A stretch of 64,000 nucleotides of DNA, from NCBI RefSeq assembly GCF_018350175.1, contig NC_058368.1:152522001-152586000 (forward strand). The letters are read 5' to 3'. Origin of the DNA: Felis catus (lineage: Eukaryota). This document shows, piece by piece, positions 12,515 through 24,234 of the stretch (position 1 is the first letter of the stretch; every line of letters begins with the position of its first letter). The position numbers were made by a program, and so were the translations under genes. The notes beneath the pieces were generated by a model. The model was not told the origin of the DNA. It did no database searches and saw nothing but the letters and a program-made list of their open reading frames with translations.

Positions 12515-13584
12515 CTTTTGGCTCCCTGGTTGTCAGCAAGAACCAAGCGCCTTATGAAAGGCAGCAAAAAAGGAGCCAAGAAGAAAGTGGTTGATCCATT
12601 TTCAAAGAAAGGTTGGTGTGATGTAAAAGTGCCAGCTATGTTTAATATAAGAAATATCAGAAAAACACTAGTCACAAGAACTCAAGCAACCAAAATCGCA
12701 TCCGATGACCTTAAGGGTCATGTTTTCGAAGTGAGCCTTGCTGATCTGCAGAATGATGAAGTTGCATTTAGAAAGTTCAAGCTAATTACTGAAGATGTTC
12801 AAGGCAAAAACTGCCTAATTTCTGTGGCATGGATCTTACCCATGACAAAATGTGCTCCATGGTCAAAAAATGTCAGATCATGATTGAAGCTCCTGTTAAT
12901 GTCAAGACTGCCAATGGTTATTTGCTTCATCTCTTTTGTGTTGCTTTTACTACTGAACGCAACATTCAGATTTGGAAGACCTGTTATGCTCACCACCAAC
13001 AAATCCACCAAATTTGGAAAAAGATGATGGAAATCATGACCCAAGAGGTGCAGACAAATGACTTGAAAAAAGTGGTCAATAAATTGATTCCAGACAGCAT
13101 CAGGAATGACATAGAAAAGATTTGTCAGTCTATTTATCTACTCCATGATGTCTTCATTAGAAAAGTAAAAATGCTGACAAAACCTAACTTTGAACTGGGA
13201 AAGCTCATGGAGCTTCATGATGAAGGTAGTAGTTCTGGAAAAGCTACTGGGAGTGAGACTGGTGCTAAAGTTGAACAAGCTGATGGATATGAGCCACCAG
13301 CCCAAGAATCTGTTTAAAATTCAGACATTTAATGGTGACAAATAAAAAATCTTATTTGTGATATTTAATTTCTGGTCATTCTTTTTAAATAATCTATACT
13401 TGGTGAATCAGATGTTCTGAACTGATGGTGATGTGAACTTTTCTGAACTGTTGTATGAATTTAATTCATTGCTCTTAGTTACTAAATAGCTTTGAAAGAC
13501 TAGTGATCTATTTTAAGCTGAAGTAATCTGGATAGAAGTATAATAGATGGCTAATAAAATGAAATCTTTAGAGACAAATATGAT
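12515..13584 (+). pseudogene. RPS3A: Full-length processed RPS3A (eS1) pseudogene with extended 3' end
   Basis: Begins with 5'TOP-like CTTTTGGCTC and the ATG is lost. [27 protein letters not shown], then a frameshift near 12816, then [25 protein letters not shown] (stop 13315-13317). No introns. TSD AAAATAG(A/T)CATAGCA at 12500-12514 and 13585-13599. Confidence 0.96.
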
Positions 13585-13708
13585 AAAATAGTCATAGCAT
13601 TTCCATTGTCAATCAAGATTTATGCAAAATGCATTTTGAAATTTTCTTCTAACTATGAGAAATACAAGGTAGAAAACTCCCTAAACTCACAGATTTACCT
13701 GGTAATAG

Positions 13709-14439
13709 TGTAAGGGTTAAATTGTAGTGTAGGGCTAACGGTTAGCTTGAAAGATAACAACTTTGTTCTGACACTGAAGGTCAAAAGATAACAGCCTTGC
13801 TTTTTACTCTTGTAAATCATTCTTTTTTTTAATTTTTTTTTCAATGTTTTTATTTATTTTTGGGACAGAGAGAGACAGAGCATGAACGGGGGAGGGGCAG
13901 AGAGAGAGGGAGACACAGAATCGGAAACAGGCTCCAGGCTCCGAGCCATCAGCCCAGAGCCTGACGCGGGGCTCGAACTCACGGACCGCGAGATCGTGAC
14001 CTGGCTGAAGTCGGACGCTTAACTGACTGCGCCACCCAGGCGCCCCTGTAAATCATTCTTCATACTCTTGTGAATCAGGCTTTACCAATGAAGGAAACAA
14101 AAGCTCAAAAAAAGAGCATCAGAGACAAGGTCAAGGAGATCCACTGGTTGCAACTTAGCAGCAGAAAGTCCAAAATAATCACCTCATTCGATAACTGTTT
14201 CTGACTCATCTGGCAACTGTTTCTAACTCATCTGGGAACTGTTTCTCTGTTCTGTTCCCAGATAATGATAAAACGATGTGATCGGCTTTAAAAACTCTGT
14301 ACCCCGGCTGTTTGGAGCCACACTCTTATCAAGAGTATTGGTCCCGATCGGTCGGCCTTGCCTCTCATTGTAATAAACTTTGTTGTGACTGTCACTGGTG
14401 CCCGTAGCATTCTGTTTCAGGAGTCTTGTGGATGCAACA
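13709..14439 (+). mobile_element. Young ERV solo LTR (interrupted by a SINE at 13825-14046)
   Basis: TG...CA termini (TGTAAGGG ... GATGCAACA), tandem 22-bp U3-like repeats 14193-14246, TATA-like TTTAAAAA near 14287, AATAAA at 14372, CpGs retained. No clean TSD seen, so the 5' boundary is uncertain. Confidence 0.7.
13825..14046 (-). mobile_element. Young felid CanSINE (SINEC_Fc) inside an LTR
   Basis: Perfect TSD TGTAAATCATTCTT at 13811-13824 / 14047-14060; CpGs intact. Confidence 0.95.
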
Positions 14440-14990
14440 AAGGAGAAAGAATTTCTTCCTTTAACCTGACTCTATTATGAATTCAAACCTTTCTATTTGT
14501 CCTTCTCCATAGCTATTATTTATAGATAAGGTTGCAAATTTATGGCCTTATGACCAGATTTTGCCCATAGATGTTTTTTGTTCAGCTACTTAGTATTGGC
14601 TCAGAGATTTTCTACTTGAAAAGAGCAGAATCCCTATCTTTTAGGAATACATATTACTTGTGTGTCCCATCCTCCTTGCCCTTCCCTTCCCCCATCACCC
14701 TTAAGAATCTTTACACAAGACCATTCTGTTTCCTACACATTCCTTACAAAACTGTATAAACTTTGAAGTATTTACAAGTGAGATGATGTTATATTTATAG
14801 TTGGCTTCAAATAATCCACTCTGTGTGCAATGGTGGGAGGGCAGGGATTTGGTAAGGGTGTGGATGAAACAAAATTGGCCATATGTCGAGAATCGTTGAG
14901 GATGGATGTGTATTGAGGGGTTGATTATACTCTCCTTTCTATGTTTGTATGTGATTGAAATTTTCTAGAATAATATATATATATGCATAT

Positions 14991-15198
14991 ATTTTTTAAA
15001 TGTTTTATTTATTTTTGAGACAGAAAGAGAGTACAAGTGGGGGAGAGGCAGAGAGACAGAGGGAGACAGAATCCAAAGCAGGCTCCAGGCTCTGAGCTGT
15101 CAGCACAGAGCCTGACACGGGGTTTGAACTCGTGAACTGCAAGATCATGACCTGAGCTGAAGTCAGTCACTTAACCAACTGAGACACCCAGGCGCCCC
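14991..15198 (-). mobile_element. CanSINE
   Basis: Reverse complement of a full SINE body. Confidence 0.9.
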
Positions 15199-15782
15199 AA
15201 GAATAAAAATATATTTTTTAATATTTTAAAGCTATTTTTAAAATATTTTTAATGTTTTAAAAATATTCTTAAATGTGGGGAGAATCTAGGATAGTTTTAC
15301 CATCAAGAAATCTACACACAGCTTGAGAAGGCACTTTCTTCAAAGAGTTAAAACTCAGAGAGTGAGGGGGAGAGGAGTGTGCACTGGCAGAGAGAAAGAG
15401 GCACACAGGTGTTTAAAGCTGTACCATGTTGGTGGAGGAAGCCAGATTGCAGTGTGGTTCAAGCATAGCAGGAACAAACATGCATGGACTGCTTTGTGCA
15501 TATTTCTGTGTGCTATGTCTTATAGATATTTTCTCACTGCTCATACATCCTGTGATGTAGGCAAAAGACTGGTTCAGGGACAAGTTAAGTTACTGGTTTG
15601 GGTCACAAAGCTGGTAACTGGTACCTTTTGGGAGAGTAATTTCACTGAAAAAGCCACGCTGTAGTGGGCTGAGAAATAGATGAGCAGAGACCAGAGACCT
15701 CTTACCAGCTAAATAAGACCTACAGGAGATAAACTTAAATGTTTGATTTTGTTTTTGACATTTAAAAACTGTGAACAAAGAT

Positions 15783-15992
15783 GGAGCTCCTGGGTGGCTC
15801 AGTTGGTTAAGTGTCCAGTTCTTGGTTTCGGCTCAGGTCATGATCTCACGATTTGTGGGACGGAACCTTATTAGCTATCCATGCACTGACAACGTGAAGC
15901 CTGCTCGGCATTATCTCCCTCCTCCCTGTCTACCCCTCCCCACCCCTCACATGTGCGCTCTCCCTCTCAAAAATTTTTTTAAAAATTGAAAA
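15783..15992 (+). mobile_element. Older CanSINE
   Basis: Diverged body flanked by AAAAAC(TG/CA)TGAACAAAGA repeats. Confidence 0.85.
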
Positions 15993-17091
15993 ATTTAAAA
16001 ACCATGAACAAAGAACAAAAACTCTTGACTTCTGACTTCTCTTAAAGAAGCAAACATTTTAGTGTCACAGATGCTGCACCCCTTCACAACCAAGGCATTG
16101 CTGCCCCCTTTCTGTGGGACCTGAGCTCTCCTTTTTGTCAGAGTCCTCTGAACTCATTACTTTATGGCAAAGGCACTGCTTCATTTTGTGAATTATGGCC
16201 TATGTAAGTATTTGAGTTCATTTATATACTAATTATATTCAACCTGGAGTATTATGACATACTAGTGTGGGTCTGATCAGTAAGAGAGAAAGAAATAGTC
16301 ATAGAACCCCATGTGATTTGTCCACCACATGTTGAGAACTACAGTCAAAACCACTTCTATAGCAATTAATCCTGTATTATGTGCCTATTGTAATGTCTTG
16401 TGCAGAGTTTTCTTTTGCTGTAAGTGCTAAGTGCCATATGAATGAGTGGTGTGATAATAAATGCTCAGGAATTCTGAGGAGGGCACACTTATTTCTGCAG
16501 TCATTAAGACAAAGAATTTTAAAAGTTGGGTTGAAATTTTATGAGAAGAGAAATCATTAGAGATAGAAAAAAATCAAAGGAGAAAGGCATGAATTTGGGA
16601 AAGTGCAAAATATGTGCAGGGAGTGGGAAAGCGGGCTAGTATATGCGAAGCTCATGCTCCTTCATCTAAGCAACTCTAACTCAGGAATTGGATAGAACCA
16701 TAGAAATGCTAATACTAGAAAGGAGCCTGCAGATCAGATTGCTTGAAAGAGCCTTCTTCTCATAGATGACAACCAAGATTTTGAGAAGTTGGGTGATTTG
16801 CTTAATGGCACATAGCTAATTGGTGAAGGAATTGAGATTAGACCTTCTGATTTTGCATGTCCTTCTTTGATACTTCCCTTCGATGTGAGTTATTTACATT
16901 ATAAGGAAGGAGAGAAAAATATGAGCTGTAGCTGAGTTGTAGATATATTATTTTTAATGACCTCATCACTCATTTAAAATTTAATTCCTTTCATCACTCA
17001 TTTAAAATTTAAATTCTTAACCAGGAATTAAACCATAAAAGTACTCAGCGAATCTGACAACTTGAGCAAAGTGTTAAGAGTAGTTGATCTA

Positions 17092-17200
17092 GGGGCACCT
17101 GGGCTCAGTTGATGGAGCATGCGACTCTGTGTCTTGGGATTATAAATTTTAGCACCAGATTCGTTGTAGAGATTACTTAAAAATAAAATCTTAAGAAAAA
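17092..17200 (+). mobile_element. Short old CanSINE
   Basis: GGGGCACCTGG head, TAGAGATTACTTAAAAATAAAATCTT tail, TSD AAGAGTA(G/A)TTGATCTA. Confidence 0.8.
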
Positions 17201-17379
17201 AAGAGTAATTGATCTATCATACCACTCTCTGCCATTATGCCGTTGTATTTCATCTCATTCAAGAGTGATTTGCCCAGCTTCTAAATTCTACATGACTACC
17301 ATATTCAGTAAGGGAAAGGAAACATGCTGGCAGGCAAGGCTCAGGCTCAGGCTTTATAATAATAAAGATTGGAATCTGA

Positions 17380-17602
17380 GGGGCGCCTGGGTGGCTTGGT
17401 CTGTTAAGCGTCCGACTTCAGCTCAGGTCATGATCTCACGGTCTGTGAGTTCGAGCCCCGCGTCGGGCTCTGTGCTGACAGCTCAGAGCCTGGAGCCTGT
17501 TTCAGATTCTGTGTCTCCCTCTCTCTCTGCCCCTCCCCTGTTCATGCTCTGTCTCTCTCTGTCTCAAAAATAAATAAACGTTTAAAAAAATTTAAAAAAA
17601 AT
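17380..17602 (+). mobile_element. Felid CanSINE
   Basis: Near-consensus body; TSD GATTGGAATCTGA. Confidence 0.93.
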
Positions 17603-17859
17603 GATTGGAATCTGAAAATAATGGTCAGTTTCAATGTTGTGTAAAAGAGCTTGACAGACTATCTCTGGCTTTCATTCCGCAGTTGGTGATGCCTGGTTCA
17701 CATCTTAGAATTTGAGACTGGTGCTATTGCATAATATTGAAACCAAAGGCTTTGGATTTGAATCCAGGAGCTAAGTGATGTGGGTAATTTATTTAACCCC
17801 TCCAAACATTAGTTTGCACATATATAAAATGGTGCAGATATATAAAATTGTGTTATCAG

Positions 17860-18280
17860 AACTGAGTAACTAAATTTGGGTTTTCCCCAAAGCAAACTGT
17901 GCGACAAGGATTTGGATTCAAATCGTTTATTTGGGAGGTGATTCCAGAAACATGGTGAGGGTGTGACAAAGTTAGGGAAGGGAATCCTACTGGGGATAAT
18001 CCATCACAGTGCTAGAAAGCTAGGATGAGTAGTTAACCCCAATCTCCATTCCTCACTGGTTGAGGGTTGCTCCTGGGTTATTACTTCACGGATACTTCTG
18101 GCTTACCCTGAGCACAAGTCAGACACACTGCAGGGCACAGAGAAAGCCCTCACACAGAAGCCCTCACCACAGCTTGAAGTAAGAAGCATTTGGTTTTCAC
18201 AGGAACTGTCCGCAAAGACTCCACATGATTTCTGGAGGGGCTTGGGGAATGTGAGCATAGCATTGGCAGCATCTTCTATA
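17860..18280. mobile_element. Old MaLR (MLT1I/J-like) LTR fragment
   Basis: Motifs CAAAGCAAACTGTGCGACAAGGATTTGG and TTTATTTGGGAGGTGATTCCAG typical of old MLT1 subfamilies. Confidence 0.5.
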
Positions 18281-20385
18281 GTGAGATATGTTTGTCATAG
18301 TGGCATTTGGAACCATAATAAGCACTGAAGAAAGGATATAGCTGCTTAAAGTACAAAATACTAATTACTGAGATGGCAAAAGAAATGTCTTCCCAACTGG
18401 AAAGAGGAAATACCATTACCAAGGAAATGAAATGAGTAGATTCAAACCAGAAACCCAGAGTCATCCTTCACATTACTTTCTTCTTCCCATCCCCCACCTT
18501 TTCTCCATATTCCATGAATTTAATTACTTTAACAATACTTCCCTTCTCTCTTCTCCATCCCAGCAGCACTATCTGAAAGCAGGCATTTCAAATTTCTTGC
18601 TTGAATTATCATGGCAGTCTTCTAACTAGCCTTCCTGCCAGTCTTTGTTGCTTCATGCTGACCCCCCCTCTACCCATTCATTAGCTACTATGAGAATGCT
18701 TTCCCTTAAACCCAGCCCTGATGCAGTCATCCTCTACTTCACTACTTCAAATACCTCAGAGATTCACCACTTTTTTCTGGGTGAAATGAAAACTCTACAA
18801 TACAGGATTCTTCATAATCTAGTTTACTTCTCCATTCCCATGTCCATTATGCCTCACTCTCAACTTTTAAATTCCAGATAGAAACAAACCGTCTTTAATG
18901 CCTGATATACACTACACTTTCTCACTGTTCAATGCCATGTTCCATGCTCTTCCCTACCTTTCATCATCTAGAAAACTACTGGTTTTCATTCAGGAATTCA
19001 AGGATATTTACCTCTCAATGTTGGCTTGCATCAGTGATCAAATAATATATCTGTATATCTGTTAAAACTTACCACTTCCATTATAAATGTCTATTTACTT
19101 TCTTTTTACAAATTAGACCAGTATTCTTCATGATCACATACTGACCATCTGCATTCTTAACACATACCCAAGGTAATTTGTATTCCCACTGAAGTCTAAT
19201 AATCATTTTATTATATGAAGAGCTTTCTAAGGAGAACAACTTTTTTCTCTGCAATCCTGGTACCTAACATAGCACCTAACATGTAGTTGATATTCAATAA
19301 GTAACTCTTGAATTAATACAAGTGTTTAAGTTTTGAGTATGTCTACCCTTTCACAGATATTTTTATCAGGCTGCCACCTATGGTAATAAGTCTCATTTTA
19401 AAATTAGTCCCTTTGCTGATGATATTGGAAATTGGAAATCTCATTGGTGATCTGCCAGTCCTCCAGCTAAGTGACTATTAAATTTGACCTGGTATTCCAC
19501 TTTTTTACCTTTGATTGTCTTTAAACTTTTTCCATGAAAAGTATTTAGTCTCAATGGTTTTGTTAATGAAGTCTAGAAGAATGTTTCTCAAACTTTAATA
19601 TACTAAAAAGACCTGGAGAGCTTGTTAAAAATAGAGAAGACTGAGCCCCAATCTCATAGATTCTATTCAGTATTTGAAAGAAGAAAGGAAAGGATCTCTA
19701 TTTTTAATAAGATCTTGGAGAAAAATTAACTCCTATAAAAATAGATCTACATATTATATAGAGAAAAAGTAGACATTTCTACAAACTGATAGACACTTAT
19801 GTTTTATTTCCTCTAAAGAAATACTATGACCTGTTTTGAAAGAAATTATCAGCACACTTTACAAATCACTCTTTAAGTTTAGCGTTGCTGTTTTTTGCGT
19901 TGATTGGCTTGTCTAGCAACTTAATGTACCTAAAGGAAACCCATTGTCAATTTTCTTCTTTCCGTCTTGTGTCTGTGCCCACATAATGTTCTTCCTGCAC
20001 ACAACCTTTTTACTAGATGACAAATCTTAATCCAAAATTTGAATCTATTCTTATTTTCCGTAACAATGACAGCAGGATCTGTAGTTACCTGAACCCTTGA
20101 CAACAACTGGGGGAGAGGCTACTTCAATGAGGATGAGTATGCACAGTTATACCCCATCCTTCTTACCTCTTGTACACTGCCCAGGGGTGGCATGGTCATC
20201 ATAGCCATGGAACCCTTTTCAGAATAGAAGTTTTATCATTTTATACAGGGTTTATAAACCGTATCTGTCCCTCTGTCTACTTTATTGTCTCTCCTCTGGA
20301 CTTTTATATCTACCACAGAAGATATCATAAAAAGACATCCTTTAGTTGTCCCAGGCTGGGATAGATTCCGTCATGTCACTTTCTT

Positions 20386-20607
20386 AAGTTTTTTAAAATA
20401 ATGTTTATTTATTTTTGAGAGAGTGAGAAAGCACGCATGAGCATGAGCAGGGAGGGGCAGAGAGAGAGGGAGACACAGAATTGGAAGCAGGCTCCAGGCT
20501 CTGAGCTGCCAGTACAGAGCCGGAGGCTGGGCTTGAACTCACAGACCACAACATCATGACCTGAGTCGAAGTCGGATGCTCAACCAACTGAGCCACCCAG
20601 GTGCCCC
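20386..20607 (-). mobile_element. CanSINE
   Basis: TSD TCATGTCACTTTCTT at 20371-20385 / 20611-20625. Confidence 0.92.
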
Positions 20608-20718
20608 ACATCATGTCACTTTCTTGACCAATGATGAGAAAGGATCTCTATTTTGCTAAATTCAGCACAAGTCATTATGGTCCCCTAAGCATAAAAATGC
20701 TTTTTAAAAGTGGAATCA

Positions 20719-20943
20719 GGGGGAGCCTGGGTGGCGCAGTCGGTTAAGCGTCCGACTTCAGCCAGGTCACGATCTCGCGGTCCGGGAGTTTGGGCCCGGC
20801 GTCAGGCTCTGGGCTGATGGCTCAGAGCCTGGAGCCTGTTTCTGATTCTGTGTCTCCCTCTCTCTCTGCCCCTCCCGCGTTCATGCTCTGTCTCTCTCTG
20901 TCCCAAAAATAAATAAACGTTGAAAAAAAAAATTTAAAAAAAA
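20719..20943 (+). mobile_element. Young felid CanSINE (SINEC_Fc)
   Basis: Perfect TSD AAAAGTGGAATCA; CpG-rich body. Confidence 0.95.
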
Positions 20944-23900
20944 AAAAGTGGAATCAGAATACTTGGAATTTTTTTTTAAGTTTTTTTTTTTTTTTAATCA
21001 AGATACTAGGTACGTTATGATCTGAAAATTCAAGGGGAACCTGGAAAAATCTCTACCACAGTCACATGGAGTCAGAATATCTTTGTAAACTATTGTCTCC
21101 ATGGTGTTATTAGAAATGAAATAGTTCTTTAATACAACAGAGCAAATCTGTTTTACATAAGACTATAAAAATATATCAATGCAGAAAATAGATGGTAATA
21201 TCTGTGGATTTTCTGTTTATCTGTATTGTAAGTAAAATTCTGCTGGACTTATAAGTATACTTCTTATATGTTTAAATATCAAAGCTTTTTGGATTGGAGA
21301 GTTTTCTAGAAATCCAATTATTATTTTGTAATCAAAGCCAATGATAAAATAATATTTTATTGAATGGAATATTCTTTAAAAGCTAGTTTTGCTGTAATGG
21401 AACTATTAAATAAAAGCAAAGGATTTTGGTATAAGATTCTACCTTTAGACCATACATAATATATACCTATTTATTTTATCTTGTACCTTTTTAAAATTTG
21501 ATACGAACTATTAATTTGATCACTTGATTTTATGATTTGGTTTGGGTATTTAACAATTCCTTCAGTGAAACATTGCCTTTAAATGTATTTTCTTCAATTA
21601 TGAAAGGATCTTTCCCTGTTCTAATTCATATCCTAATCCTACTGAGCTTAATAAATAGGGAATATAACCTAAAAAGAAAAAAAGAGTAGCCACATGTAGA
21701 ACCTTAATTTTAAAAAAATATATATTAATAATTGCTTTCTAAAAATGAATGCTTTTTTATTTAGTGCTACACAAAGAAAAAATTAATGGAAATTTTAGGA
21801 GAAAAATTATTTTTCTGAATTTCTTCAATTAAACCACTAGATGGCAATATCTTTGTTTCTTTGTGATTACACTAGACAAATGGCTCTTGAGGAAAACACA
21901 ATCATATGTTTTAAAGCTCTGACCTCAGCTACCAAATTGCTGTTCCTAAATTTTACAGAGAGAAAACTGCAGAAGAGAAAATTCCGGTCCAGTTAAAGAA
22001 TATTGTGTTTGGGTTGTAGTCAATTAATGTTCTTCCTTAATAACCAGAGAACCACTGGGTCACTCAAGTGGAAAAGGAACAGCTTTACTTTGTAGCACAC
22101 AAACTTTCAAGATTCTAGGCTTGCAAGGAGACTAGGTACAGAAAGACACTACTGAAACAGCATTCTTGAATCTGTCTTCATTACTTTCCACTTACTTTTT
22201 TTTTATTTATCACCTAATTTCACCATCTCTAAAATTTCTTTTTCCTCCTTGTGAATTAAAAAACACAGCCAAGGGTGGAAGGAAGGGTTTGAGGGCAGAT
22301 AAACCTTCTGGAGGAAATTCCTTTACCACAGATAATTTTGCTTACTACATGCAAAAACGATAGTCCCTATACTTAAAATATCCTTTTTACCTCAAGATTA
22401 TTACCACTAATTTTTGTGTAATTTAAGTTTACATATTTAGTAACCTGTCTGAATTTCTTTCTTATTTGGAACTATTGAAATGTAATCAAAACATCAGGTC
22501 TTTAACTGCTATGGTATAATGTTCAAAAAGAAACAAATACTTTTTACTGTCATGTAAATATAAAATGAACACGTGAAAGATTTTATTCAACTCATTAGTA
22601 ATGAGAGAATCAGTTTAAGAAAGTTTTTAAATATACATACATACACATACAATTCAGAATGCTGAAAAGAATTTGCTAATAGCTGCAAAACTGGTTAATA
22701 ACCTACAGGGCAATAAAATTTAATCCTTGTGGTAATCTTTTCCACAAGAAGAAATAAATTTTATATCTACAAGACAAAATAATTTGCCTTGCCATGTACA
22801 AGAATTATTTGCATTACTATTAGTTTTGTACAACTTAATTTCTACTGTGTGGAAATGTAAAATAACCTCCACAGGAGAAAGTGATCAAAGATACACAACC
22901 TTATATAATCAGATAATCTCCAGAAGATCTACTAAACTCAGTAATGTCTACTGTTCCTTTCCAAGTAATTGACAATTTTTCCTAACATTACCATTTTTAA
23001 AAACAGTTACGTTGTGGGATGAGGTATGTAAAGAAAGAGCTTTATTCCATGTGCTGCCACAAGGAGGCTTTTCCCCCCCCCCCCCACTAGATTTCCTGCA
23101 CAAATGGTGATCAGGACCAATGATTAAATCAGGGACACTGTCATTAAGATTTGGAATAAGCCCATTAGCAGACAATGGGCTTCTTTAATTCTAGAAGCAG
23201 ATGTCAGAGTTGGTGAGCAAAGAATTGTCCATAAAATAAAGAAGAATAGGAATGACTTGTCTCTGCCTTGGCTCACAATATTTTAAGTGTGATGTGGTGC
23301 CACAAAATATACTTGAATGTGGGGATGTCTCCCAATTCCTCCAGAGATTAGATTTGGAAAAAAGTAAGAATGTAGTACATCTCATGAACTAAGTGATTTG
23401 CAACCACAAATGCCTATAAGGGAAAGGCAGATAAAAATGACTAAAGCGGCGGGGGGAGGGGGCGGCGCAGGCAGGATATATCACAGCACAAAGTAGAAGA
23501 ACTATGATAGGTGGAGAAACTCATGCCCTATCTACAGAGTGAGATTACTATTTGGGTCCAATAATTGGTGCTATATGGAAATACAGATCCCAAAAGGCAG
23601 ATTTTCAGATATTTGAAGAGAAATAAGAAAATCAAATTGTTATATAGTTTCTCCTGACTTTTTTTTAGATGCTGACCACTTAACTAATAAATATATAAGT
23701 AAGTAAATACATATATCCATAAATATATGAATAAACATAATGTGTCTTTTCTTCCCCCAAAAAAATTTCCCTAAGAGAATTTTCTAGCATCTCTCTCCCC
23801 TATGAAGTCTGTTGAAGGGGCAAACTCTGGGAAGTAAGAGTGTGGTTGGAGATGTAGTGACAAGAATTGAACTGCAGTGATGACCAGGTAGACAGTAAGT

Positions 23901-24176
23901 ATGTGTAAACTGTGTATCTGGGAGCCAACTGGGAGACAACAGAAATGGGGTTCCTTTGGGGGCTTGGACTTCTCATAACTTAGGAAAACCTTGAGCATCA
24001 AAGACCATTTATGTCACTTCTTGTCCTTCTCATTCCTGGCCTCAGTGCTGCACAGTGCTGAGTTCACTAAATACAATCAATAAATATTTGCTGATTGACT
24101 TGTCATTCAGGTAGCAAGTGAAGTGGAAGGATCAATATAACCTTTATTTTTTGTCAACTTTTTTTGTAACTCAGAC

Positions 24177-24180
<4 letters not shown>

Positions 24181-24230
<50 letters not shown>
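24181..24230. repeat. (TG)25 microsatellite
   Basis: Read directly. Confidence 0.98.

Positions 24231-24234
<4 letters not shown>

Noticed and set aside
12467..13317. Two RPS3A-like ORFs (138 and 162 aa) as a functional retrogene
   Set aside because: Native ATG lost, frameshift near 12816, and many CpG-decay substitutions at conserved residues.
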